The notes under the pieces were generated by a model. It worked only from the letters and a program-made list of their open reading frames with translations, was not told the origin of the DNA and made no database searches. This document shows, piece by piece, positions 15,401 to 27,935 of a stretch of DNA of 64,000 nt (position 1 is the first letter of the stretch; each line of letters opens with the position of its first letter). Source of the stretch: Intoshia linei (taxonomy: Eukaryota > Animalia > Orthonectida); assembly GCA_001642005.1 (NCBI GenBank), contig LWCA01000024.1:13970-77969 (forward strand), read 5' to 3'. The position numbers were made by a program, and so were the translations under genes.

Positions 15401-18400
15401 CTTATAAAATGAAACATTGTGTAAATTTTATGGAAAACAGAAGTATACATAAATTTATTGAAAATTCAAAAAATTCAAATTCTGGGCAAGAGACACAGTT
15501 TGACAATGGTGATTCAGAAGCTTCCATTACATTTGTTAATAAAACAAAATCAAGGAATGTTTATAAAGACAATGATAAAAAGGATGAAGATCCAGGAAAT
15601 AATACGAGTTTTTCAGGTAATTCGTCATTGAGACATTTCAAAAATGGAAATAATATTTATAAGAATAATCGGTCTGAACGTTCCGATTCCAAACATGTTT
15701 CGTTTGAAGATGAAGTAGATAAAAATGATTCAAATAATGATACTTTAACTTGTAGTGGTGAATCCAATTTGGTATCAAACAAAAACAATGCACAATCAAG
15801 TTTTCAAAATAGAAATGATGAATATATCAGAAAACAAAACACAGATATTTATAGGAATGAAAAGATGAACAATTTTTATAATAAAAAAAATGAGATTTCA
15901 AATAATTTTACATTTTATAATGCTAAATCTAAAATTATCGGAATACCTTATGATTATTCTATTGATCAAAATAAAAAACAATTCACTTCATTGGAATCAG
16001 ATGAGCTCAAGAGTCAAAACGATATATTACAACATATGCCTACTAATCATATGTTTGTTCCCAAGGATAAACATGGACACAACGTCATTATTTCTCATTT
16101 TTTAGCTTCAGGTGATAATTACCGTCAGAATGAGGTACTGGAACATATACAGGCAAGCAACTTTCCGGTTACCAAGGGTGCGATAATGAAGGATAACGAT
16201 ATTTTACATTTATTTCATTGTGAAAACTTTAGTGATCAAAATTCCACAAGAAATATTTCTTCTACAATTACTAATGTCGTTTCCGGTGGCGACAAATTTG
16301 AAAAATCAAATGTTAACATTTCTTTGAATGTCAATCGATTTAATGACGAACCTAGTATGCCGAATTATGCACATGGCAAGATAAAAGAAATTGAAACCCA
16401 TAAAAAGAGTCAAATATTGAATAATATTCCATTAATGGAAGCTAGTAGAGTTGAGAATGAAAATTATCTTCAAAGATCTTTAACTTTAAAAGATATTAAG
16501 AATAGATATAGTTTCTTCAGTAACTATGATAGTTATAAAGAAAATATTTCATTTTCATCTCAACCCAACATAATTAAAAGTGAACCTACTGACTTTTGTT
16601 ATAAAGAAGACACACCTGTCATGGATAATCCTAAAAATGGAACCTTAAACACTTATTCCAATTCAATTAAAAGGTATGATGATAATATTAATGTTTTCAA
16701 TCGTTCATTTGAAATTAATAATGATTATTCAAATAACAAGTATCCAAAAATATTAGCCGAATATCCGCATATTAAAAGTGTTAATGTTCCATTTAGTGAA
16801 GAAATACATCATGCTTACGATACTAATGATATGCGATTAGAAAATACCAAAAAAAAATCTAAAATAGAATCACGGTGTCCACCTAGTGTAGTTCAGGACT
16901 ATGATTTTACCAATGAAACGTCTAAAGAGGCAATGTATCTAACCGGTCCAGGTAATATCCAGTGTAATAAACTGGAAAACTATCCACAAACACTTTTGAG
17001 GTCAATAACCTGTAATGAGAACAGTAAATCTTGTGACATGTTTCAATTAAAAACTGAAAAAAGGAAATTTGATTCTTATGATTCATTAGATGAAAAATAT
17101 TCCAATACTTTATTTAATAAAATGAATGAAAAATGTAAAAAATATTCATCTGATACTACTCTGAACAGTAATAGTAACAGAACTAAAAGGAAACAAGATT
17201 TACAAGACATCAAGAACAAGTATAAAATGTTTTTATTCAATAGTGAAGAATCAAATGATGAACAAAATGTAATTAAAGTAAACAATTTTAATGATGATTC
17301 TGCATTAAATAAGTCAAACAGTTTTATCAATTGTTTCTACTTGTCAAACGACGTGAATAATGTAAATTTAGATGTTTGTGAAAATTTTAAGTTTAATATG
17401 ATTAATAAAAGTAAAAATGAAGTATACGTTGGGTTGCAAATTAATGCTAATAATAATGATAAACAGAAGGAGATCAATGTAGAAAAAGATTTAGAAATGA
17501 AAAAAGTACTCTTAGACGATAAGGATGTTCAATTTTACAACACTGAAAGAATTAATCAAATCAATTCAAAGCCAAATTTTCACATTAAAATTCAACCAAT
17601 TCATGAATACAGTGATAATACCACCAACGATGCGACGAGTACATCATCTTATATGTATAATTTTAAAAATAGTCCCAAAACAAGTATATCAGAAAGAGAT
17701 AACACAGAGATGTCATTAAAGAATATTTGTAATATCAGAAAACAACGAGCAACTAGTGTTAATCATAAACCGTATTGCAAATATGATGATGAGCTGAAAT
17801 TAGGAAATCAACAGAGAAATAGTGATTCAGAAACAATTAAGATTCGAACAAACGTGAAATGTAGATTAATTTCTTTGGAAGATACACCCAATATCACTGA
17901 CAAGTATATTAATGAAAGTATAAAGTCATTAAACATACATCAATCCAACCATTTACTAAATGAAAGATTTGATAATTCTAGAATTTACAGTGAACTGCCA
18001 ACTAGTGACGAAAAAATTATTCTAGATAACGAACAAAATGAGACTGTACACCAAAAAGAGGTAAACATAATCGATGATTATACAAATAAAATTAAAAAAC
18101 ATTTCACATCAAAAAGTAAAAAATGTGACATAAAAAAAGTTTCAAATCTACCAGAGAACAGTTTTATTGATCTCGAAACAAATTCGGATACATCATTTGA
18201 GGATAAAGAATCATTATTAAATAATGAACATATGAAAAAACAATATCCAATAACCAACTATTTAGATATTTTTAATAAAAAAATGGACATGTTGAATAAT
18301 AATATTAATAAAAAAACATGTACACTAAAAAATACAAAAAACCAGAAACCTATATCTAATCTAATTTTGAATTATAACAGATTTAATCAAAAATCCAAAA

Positions 18401-21400
18401 TTACCCACAAAGAATCAAACGACTCATCCATACATATTAAAAAAAAGATGAAAATATCATTCAAAAATAAAACAAAGAAAATAAATTATGCAAACATTTC
18501 AAATGTTCTAAATGTTACCCTTAACAAAGATTCAGATAAATTAAATAGTTCCAAACAATTTAAAGCCAAGCAAACACTGAAACCTAAACTAAATGGAAAA
18601 AATAGAATCGACAATATTGGTATCAAAAGTGATAAAAAATTTTACACATTAGAAAAGAAATACACGAGAAAAAGAAGCAACTCTGTTAATTCCCAAATTG
18701 TTGAAAAACCGAAGTATGGACTCAATGAAAAGTATAATAAAAATCAGTGTAAAACAATTTTTAACAAAAAAAAATTATATGGAAGCCATAATCTCACTTA
18801 TCACAAAAATTATGTTGAAAAATCAATTAGATTAAACTGTAATTTGATAAACAAAATTAAACATGAGCCAAAAAAAAATAAAACCAATCAAATCGTAAAA
18901 ACTAGTAAAAATGAAAGTGAAATTAAAAATTTACTTTCATGTACCGGAAGAAATTATAAAATAGCAAATATTAATAACAATAATTTGTATAATATGAATA
19001 ACTTAAACATGTCACCATCAATTAATGACCTGAATCAAAGACAACTTATTACAATAACCGCTCAAAAATCTAATATTAATAAAAACAAAATTCGACCAAT
19101 CAAAACTATCACTGTTATTTGTTACGACTCCTTAAAAATAACTGGTGAATCGTTTTTAAATTACAAATTGATTGAACCAATCAAACCAAACTTATTATTC
19201 GACAAAATTTTAAAGAAATTTCCAATGTATGCACTTGATTATGAAATCAATCTACAAAATAATGATATCGATTCACATTTATCACAAACACTGAATAGAA
19301 CAATAATTGTAAATCCTTTCAAATTAAACTTTACAACAATGCAGCCAATATTATCTCGAGCGGACATTGAATATGCGCATAAAAATAAGATATCAAATAA
19401 AGATGCATTGTTCAATCTAGGATCCAAAAAAATTAAGCAACACATTTATTTTTCGAATATTGCTTTTAATTTAAAGACAAAAATAAGTATTTACTTCAAT
19501 CAAAACAATATCAATAAAATACTATTGAAAACTTTTAAATTAAATGAAAAATTGATTGGTATGCAAAATAAACTCCAATGTTGTAAATTAAACACAATTA
19601 AATGGAAACATCAATTTAATAACATTGAGGTAACCATTTTTAGTTAGGTAAAATGTAGTAACACCAGGGAGAAAAAAACTACATTGCAACAGTAGTCAAG
19701 TGATTTTCTTGGAAAGAGTCTACCACCCTAAAGGTTCAGTGTGCTCCTGGTAAAAATTTGTATCCGTTAAGCAAACCATAAAAAGTTATATTACGTATTT
19801 TATGAGTTTGCTAGATATCTATTATGTACTTTGTACAAACAGTAGCTAGCTCAGTCGAAGCCGGGCGTTTCAAGGTTTAAGTATATTTTTAAATAGATCA
19901 ATTTTTTTTAAATTAAAATTTAATTATCAAACTTAAACTATCTTTTTGGGGATTTTGGAGCTCAGCACCGAACCTGCCATACCCGAGGCCATTTGGGTGA
20001 CGGTTGGAGTGTGTAACGGTAGAGATCGTAAAGCGTACCTCTTTTTTACAAAATTAGCGTTTAACCCTCAGACCCTATTAGCCACGTTTAAATAAAAATA
20101 ATTAAAAAACTAATTTAAGTTAAGTTTCAAAAAAAAAAAAATATAAAATCCTTACTTAAATAATATGCTATGCTATTTTTTTTTGTGTGTGTGTTCTACT
20201 TTATTGAAATAACTACCAGTCTTAGAATTTTATAAATTCCACATTTCAAATACAGTTTTTTCTGGGGCGTATAATAAGATACATTTTAACCCTCAAACTC
20301 ACATCTTACAGGTCAAAAACCTTAATTGTCCCTCTTTTTGAAAATCAAACGAGTTGGAGAATTCAAAAAAAAATATATACGCTGATACGAATTTAAAAAT
20401 CATAAATATTACCATATATTTAAATTTAAAAAAAATATATCTTCAGGGCCAAAACACCAAATTACCTGTTTTTTTTAATGAAAACAGCCCTAGAATTAAT
20501 ATAATTACAGGTGCTACAGTTGTATCCTGTTAACACAAAAAAAATGTCAATGTGAATAAGTGACGCCTTCATGGTCAAAAAATCATTTTAGTATTCATAT
20601 ATTTTTTTTCCGAAATATTTTATTAAAACAAAAAATGTCAAATAATTAACAATTCTAAAATTAAAAAAAAAATTATTCTGATAGAGCTTATTCCAGTTGA
20701 TATAAATACAAAAGTTCAACCCGAGAAATCTTTGCATTCCCGATGAAAAATAATTTTTAATATATTATCAACCAATATTTTTTCAAATATTTCGTTAAAA
20801 TAAAAATTGAAAATGTAAATATTGATCCTANTCAACCCGAGAAATCTTTGCATTCCCGATGAAAAATAATTTTTAATATATTATCAACCAATATTTTTCA
20901 AATATTTCGATTAACAAATATATAACAAATTTGTAAAATAAAAATTGAAAATGTAATATATAATATATAATAAATAAATATAAGTAAGGATATTTAAAAA
21001 ACTTTAAAGAATTTTAAAAAGCTCAATTTCACAACGTGACGTATTCACGGTCAAAAAAGCATTTTAGTATTAATTTTTTTTATTTGGTGACTATTTTATT
21101 AAAAAAAAATGTATCCAATAAATAATAGTCCTAGAATTTAAGAAATTTTTATTTAGAATCACTTTTCAGTTTTTTCTTGTATAAGCTTATACAAAAATAA
21201 ATTTTCTTAAAAAATGTAAAATAAATTTATTATATTTGTTACGTTCCAATGAAAAAAATCTCAGCATCGGGATTAAAACATATTTTTAGATTCTATCAAA
21301 AGATTCAAAATTAATAATACAAGAATATAAAGATATTAAAAAATATTATACTGAAAATTGTTATAATTTGGACAAAATGTGCCAAATAAAATTCAAAAAG

Positions 21401-23042
21401 TTGATGATATCGATAGAAAATACTTTAAGAAATTTTTTTCAAAATTTAAAAGATAAAGAAAAAAAACTTAAATTAATCAAATTAAATAATCAGGTTTATT
21501 TACATTATTTACATTACATTGTATTAATACACATGTAATGTACTATATCAATTAAAAAGTAAATGAGTTTTACAAATTTAAACAATAATTCAGATTCATT
21601 CTGGTGATTGGTCCAACGTGGTCATAAATAAGAAAGTAATTGCAGTATTAAATAAAAATAAAAATAATGATGCAATATTGGAAGCAATAAGATGCAAAAT
21701 AAAAGATTACGACTCAAAAATAGTAGAAATTGATCAATTTGTATCTAAAAACGTTCTGACTCTGAAAAATTTAAAATTTTCATTTGAAACAAAATTACAA
21801 AATTTTGATAAAAGAAATTTCGCAAATTATTTTTTGGTAATTTATTAATTTTATATTGAAAATGTTAATATTTTTAAACTTTATATTTTTAAAAAAAAAT
21901 GTAGAAAATGGATGAAAAATTAAGAAATTATCAACAAATTGTAAAAAGTGTTTACGAATATAAATTGGCTTATGAGAGACTGTCTAAAAATAAAAAAGTG
22001 TCATATATGCAAAATTTGAATCACTTTTTCAAAAAATTTCATTCCTTTATTAGCAATTATCTAATTTTCTTTAGCAAATATCAAAAACATATAAACGTAC
22101 ATTTTTAACTTTAATTTAATTGTAGTTAAATTTATTTAGATTGATAAAACTTTCAATGTTGTTAAATGGAAATGGAATTTTCTGCAGTGGTGTGAGAATA
22201 ATGACTTTGATATACATGATATTTTTCATAGTAGAGCTCACAGTCGGTTGACGAGAAGAGAGTTTATTGAAGCAATTATTGATACTAGTAAATATAATAA
22301 CGTAAATAATTTACACATTTATAGAATTTCCTTCGACTAGATATGAATTGAATAAATTGGCCAATAATTTTCATTTGGATGATATTTTAACTTTTATGAA
22401 TTGCAAAAAATTTACAAATTTTTTAAATAAAGTAATTAAAACTTTTCCATTTTGTTTTCCATCATATTGTATTTAGGATACTGACACTGACTTTACACCC
22501 AAACTTAATTGCTCAATATGCAACAAAAATTTTTATATTGAATCACTATCCAATGATAGATATACGGTTTTTCATTAGTATAATTTTATTATTTATAGAT
22601 TAAAAAATTCAACAATGTTCAATTTATCAAAATACTAAAAAGTGGAATAATGGTACGTGTGGGTGGTGGTTGGGAAGATATTTTGCATTACTTGAATCGT
22701 ACTGATCCTTGTCGAATTAAAGGTACAATTTTATATTTGTTTAAGATTTTTAATTAGATAGTGCCCGATACGAACTTGATAAATCCAATTTACCAGAATT
22801 TCGGAATAGTATCACGGATAGCGGTAATTTTAAATTTATAAATTACAATTATACATTTAGATACATCAACAATTATTTCAAGTGTATCTGGTGATTCAAA
22901 AAGTACTGTAAATAGCCTGGATAAAATCATTAAAGTCAAAAATTGTCGTTTAAATTACAAAAACAAGAATCGTATTATTCTAATAAATTATAATAAAGAA
23001 ATACGAGATACTATTGCAATGAAACATTTGATTGGAAATTAA
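6466..23042 (+). CDS. Divergent spectraplakin (MACF1/dystonin/Shot-like): CH1-CH2, plakin remnant, giant internal exon, EF-hand pair, GAR domain
   Basis: CH1: [11 protein letters not shown]...[18 protein letters not shown]...[23 protein letters not shown] (6623-7171). CH2: LFKWC...[24 protein letters not shown] (8433-8602). Plakin-like: [10 protein letters not shown]...[15 protein letters not shown] (~12260-12500). EF region: [22 protein letters not shown] (22140-22400). GAR: [28 protein letters not shown] (~22630-22715). That these form one transcript is inferred from domain order. Confidence 0.78.
14343..19629 (+). CDS. Giant ~5.3 kb internal exon of the spectraplakin gene (N/K/S-rich, low complexity)
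   Basis: The 1767-aa ORF starts right after a tttag acceptor (14342). It has a GAG|gtaacc donor at 19629/30 that joins in phase 0 to exons at 21290, 21594, 21905 and 22140, which lead into EF-GAR. Confidence 0.7.
20149..21180 (+). mobile_element. Helitron-like repeat copy in a spectraplakin intron
   Basis: A|TCCTTACTT 5' end with the same body as 1261-2140. Contains an N at 20831 with a flanking duplication. Confidence 0.7.
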
Positions 23043-23083
23043 GAAATTATTATATTAAATATTTATTCTGATACAATTTTGAT

Positions 23084-26000
23084 TTAATCACTGTTTTGAT
23101 CATGTAGTTTTTTCTTCTTTAGTTGTACTTTTAATCTTTTATTGCAAATTCTATATCCATTCATATTCTTAATGGCGACATGGGCTGAATTTTCATTATC
23201 AAAACTCACAAACCCGAAACATTTGGATAATAACGTGTGTTTGTCGACAAAAACTTTTACTGATATAATTTTACCAAAAATGCTAAACATTTTGCTCAAG
23301 TCTACATCTTTCACATATTGCGGTAAATAATATATGAAAAGGTTAGATTTTTCTGGACCTTCTATTTGTCTTTCGTAGTAGTATAACTGTTCGTTTTTAG
23401 ATACATTATTCAATTCAGGATTTTTTATGACGAGATTTATAGTCTACATTCAAATTTTAATTTATATAAATATAAAAAACTTTGTTATTTTGCAGAATAC
23501 CGCCATAATTTCCCAACCTTGATGTTTCTTGTATGAGAGATACGGTCAATGATAAATTGTTATGGGTAGAATAATTTTTCATTATATCCACTGCGTTTTC
23601 AGCATTGCTCACATTTTCATATTCTATTATTGCGTATTCTAGCATTTAAATATTAAAATAATATACATTATGTACATTTACTTTTTTTTTTATGTAGATT
23701 GTTATATAGTTTACAATATATTAACGGTCCAAATTGACCAAATAATAATTTTAATTTACTTTCATTAACTTGACAAGACAAATTTCCAATATATATTTTT
23801 TTATCTAAAAATTTATTTTATATAAATTTTATATATTTTTATAATTATCTAAAAGTGTACCATATTTTATGCCCACGGTCCCCTAGACCGTAGGTATAAG
23901 GTGGGTTGTGTACTTTTTTTATTTGATTACCAAAAAGTTTAGTTATCAGTATAAAATAAAATGATTTTATTGAAGCTTATTGTGCTAGCAGTAGGTCCGG
24001 AACAGATGGAAAGTATAGGCTCCCTATAAAAATTTTTAAAAAAATTGGATCTATATGCACTGCTTTTTTATACTACTTAGACGGCACTAATTGTAATTTT
24101 AATAGAACATTTTATTATAAGATAATTTGGTATACTAATGAATTTTCATTCTTTTCCAGTATTACCTATTAATAAATTAAAAAAATAGGCCGTCATGATT
24201 GTAGGCCCGGACCAAATGACACCCCAAGTTTTTCATATTTTTCATATTCAGTGCATTGTACTTTGTAATGGGTGAGTCGTACTGGCTGAGTAAATATATA
24301 GTTGGAAAATATAGAAATGCTAACAATTTTCAAATTTTAAAAAACGCAGTGATAATATAGTTAAGACAATAATAATGATAACCCCATAAGGCTTAGAATT
24401 GTCAATTTTATATTTTTTCCTATGCAATGCACTAGTTAATTAATCAAGTTAAGAAAAAGTTAATCAAATAATCATAAGGGTTATACAACAAACAAAGTAA
24501 AAACAATCCAATCATAAAAATTATCATAAATAGCATAAATCCAGAAAAAATAAAATTATAAAAACCTATTTTGTCATTTTCAATGTGATGAATCATCACT
24601 GAATATATAAACTCAATTTTTACCAATTTAATTAATACTTAAAAATACCAATTATGTATCAATTATTAACGAAATCAGCACTTTATAAACATATTTCAGG
24701 CGAATTTAACCAATATTGCAATTGGATTGTAATTAATATAAAAATAATAATAACAAAGTTGTATTAATTTTAGTTTTGTTGTAGTTTTTATTTAAATTTT
24801 ATTTAAAATGTTTTGAAAATGAGAATTTGAAAGTTAAAAATTGCGAAGGAATGAATTATATAGATTTTCACCCATATTTATTTATTAGAAATGTGTAGAC
24901 GTTCAATGCACATTTTTTTAAAATTGTAGGATCAATATTTACATTTTCAATTTTTATTTTAATCAAAATATTTAAAAAATATTGGTTGATAATATATTAA
25001 AAATTATTTTTCACCGGGAATGCGTAGATTTCTGAGGTTGAAATTTTGTATTTATATCAACTGGAATAAACTCTATCAAAACAATCTTCTTTTTATTAAT
25101 TTTCGGACCGTTAATTATTTCACATTTTTTGTTTTACAATTTGTTGATAAAATATTTCGGAAAAAAATATATAAATACTTAAATGCTTTTTTCACAGTGA
25201 AGGCGTCACTTAATCAGATTGAAATTTTTTGTGTGTGTTAAAAGGATACAATTGTACCACCTGTATTTTTTTTAATTCTCGGGCTGTTTTCATAAAAAAA
25301 AAGTAATTTGGGGTTTTCTCGCTGAAGATATATTTTGTTTAAATTTAAATTTATAATAATATTTATGATTTTAAAATCCGTATCAGAGTATCTATTTTTT
25401 TAAATTCTCGAACTCGTTTGATTTTCAAAAAAAAGGACAATTGGGCTTTTTGATCTGTAAGATGTGAGTTTAGAAGGTAAAAATTTATTTAGCTAACACT
25501 CCTGAAAAAACTGTAATTGAAATGTGGACTTTATAAAATTCTAAGACTGGTAGTTCTAAGATTGAAATAAACGGTAACACACAGACAAACAAATATTGCA
25601 TAACATTATATTAGTAAGGATGTACTAATTTTTAAAGTGGGAAGTTTTTTATAAGAAAAAGCCATTATACCCCTTGTAAATTATACACCCTGATGATTGC
25701 GATGACTTCATTTTAAGAAGTAAATATCTAAATGCATTTTTTCCATCTAGCTAGGTTAATTTTAAGGTTAGTTATGAATTAAAAAATTTAATTGGATAAA
25801 CTAAAATATGCCAATCTTAGCTTTAACTAAATCAGCGATTATTAAAATTTAGAATATAAATTATCAGCGACCAATTAGGAGGCCTAGTCCTTTTTAAATA
25901 AGCACTACATGAAGATTTTTAAAATGCACCTTTCTCATAATATCGACAAGTATAACTGATATAATGAGCTAATCAGATAATTATCAATGATTTTAAGAGA

Positions 26001-27721
26001 GTTTACTATGACTTTTGATGATTTTCTCCTTTTCACAAATATTTTTAATAATCACTCCTACAACCACAAAATTTGGCAAATTTAAAATTTTTCAGATAAT
26101 TCAATTTGTATAAAATATATTATATATTCAATTTGTTCGTAACGTTTCATGTAATAATGAATTGAAGGTATCTCCAGGAAAAACAAATGTTATAGAAATG
26201 TAAATACCAGAAATAGCACAAACAAACATGGATATAGATTTTGAAAGATATAAATTTTTAAAACTAGATAATGTAGTATTTTCTCTTAAACAAAAAAAAA
26301 ATATAGTAGCCTTTGGAACATCAAAATTAAAACGAAAAACTTTTCCAAATGATAAGCCAAATAATAAATTTGGCATTGAAATGTGTCCAATTCGAGGACA
26401 ATCTAATATAGCTCCAGGGCATTACAATAATGATCAAGTAATTTTATTAATTGATTCCATTATTGATTTTGAAAATTGAATGTAGTTTTAGTAAAAAAAT
26501 ATCAAATTAATTACCTATTTTTTATATTCACTTTTGGTAAATAAACATAAGATAAATTTTTCCACTCTTGCACAAAAAAATACTTGTATCTATTTATAGA
26601 AAGATATTACTTTTTTCTATCGATAAATGAACAAGTCAACTTTATATATTGGTTATAATTATGAATTATAATGTACATAGAAAACGGAATTTGGCTATTA
26701 TATCGACAATATGGTAAACAGCACTAAGGGTTATAGTATGGGAGCCAGGACAACAAAACGATTTTTTAGTTCAATGAAAAATGTTTGTTTTAGTAAAAAT
26801 GATCAATTAATTAAAATAGGACGTTACGCCTGCACCAGGAGAATACCAAAATTTTCATGTGAAAAAACAAACCGCATTAAAACCGTTCAATAGTGGAAGT
26901 CAAAGATTTTCAAAAGAAATTAAAAGCACATGTCCAGGGTATGCATAATTAATCAACATAACGAATAAAATGTAGTGTTGGAACCTACAATGTCGAATTG
27001 AGTGGCCACAAAGAAATCAAATGGCCACAGAGATTCTTGTCAAAACCTTTAATACCAGAAACCACCCAAAGAGGAATAATAATCTGCAACAATGATAAAC
27101 TCCCTTCAACTAAATTGGAAAAACGATATAATCGCCACTTGGCATATTTAAAATTATATTATTAAACTAACCTTGCTTCGTGTTTATTATAGCTGGTTTA
27201 ATGTATATTGGAGACGATATCTAATATAATCCTTTACTAATTAAATTTAGAAATTTACCCCTTCAAAATGAAACTTGTCATGTAAAGTTTCCATTGTGGC
27301 AATAGCCGAAAAGTTGTTATAATAAGTAAGGAAACAACAACCTAAAAAATAAATACTACATAAAAAAGACAACCTTTGCTTTGATTAGTTTCTTTAGATC
27401 TCAAAATTTTCAAATTATAAATTTTTCCAAATTTTGAAAATAATTTACTCAACTGAAATTCATTGATATTACGAGGTATTTGACCGACAAATAGTTTTAT
27501 AAAATTTTGAGGTTGATTCAATTTTTTTTTATTTTTAAATCTATAATATTTTACCAATCTGAAAATTTCAAAATGACTTACTCATTGAATCTATACATAT
27601 AGTAGGCACTTTCAACCGAATTCACATTATCTTTTTTCAATTTTTCCGTCAAATTATGATGAGTTTGTAATCTATTTAAATACTTATACAAATTTAAATT
27701 TTCATTCCCTTTTTCAATCAT
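23084..27721 (-). CDS. CELF/Bruno-like RNA-binding protein (3 RRMs)
   Basis: RRM1: [11 protein letters not shown]...SKG|CCFLTY followed by PIYIKPA (27540-27172). RRM2: KKIYIGNLS (23804-23480). RRM3: [15 protein letters not shown]...[21 protein letters not shown]...KRLKVQLKK, which is diagnostic of CELF. The start at 27721 is inferred. Confidence 0.9.
24670..25621 (-). mobile_element. Helitron-like repeat copy in the CELF intron
   Basis: The reverse complement starts ATCCTTACTAATATAATG and matches the other copies through the AAATCTACGCATTCCCGGTGAAAAATAAT block. The distal part matches 43210-43330. Confidence 0.7.
26228..27165 (+). CDS. PIFO: Pitchfork (PIFO/CIMAP3)-like ciliary protein nested in the CELF intron
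   Basis: Four in-frame exons (26228-26437, 26681-26782, 26820-26938, 26976-27165): [12 protein letters not shown]...PIRG..APGHY...[15 protein letters not shown]...TPAPGEYQ...PFN...PGVGTYNV...IKWPQRF...[11 protein letters not shown]. This is collinear with vertebrate pitchfork motifs as I recall them. Confidence 0.8.
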
Positions 27722-27935
27722 TGCAAAAGAATTTAAATGTTTGGTAGATTAATTTTTAATATTATCTTATAATTAGAAAGATCAAAGTAAAATATCAAAA
27801 AGGTGCACCTAATTATATCAAAATGTACCGATAACAATTTACTCGTCTGAAATAAATCAGACGGCATGTGTATGACACTAAATTAAAGTAAATTTATTGG
27901 ACAAATAAAACAAAATGCATACATAAATATTCACA

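Noticed and set aside
14344-19647. 1767-aa ORF as a standalone viral or transposon gene
   Set aside because: No RT, integrase, helicase or capsid motifs are visible, and splice sites link it in frame to the EF-GAR exons.
20712-20960. Apparent tandem duplication around the N at 20831
   Set aside because: The duplication is centred on an ambiguous base within a repeat, so it is most likely a scaffold-join artefact.
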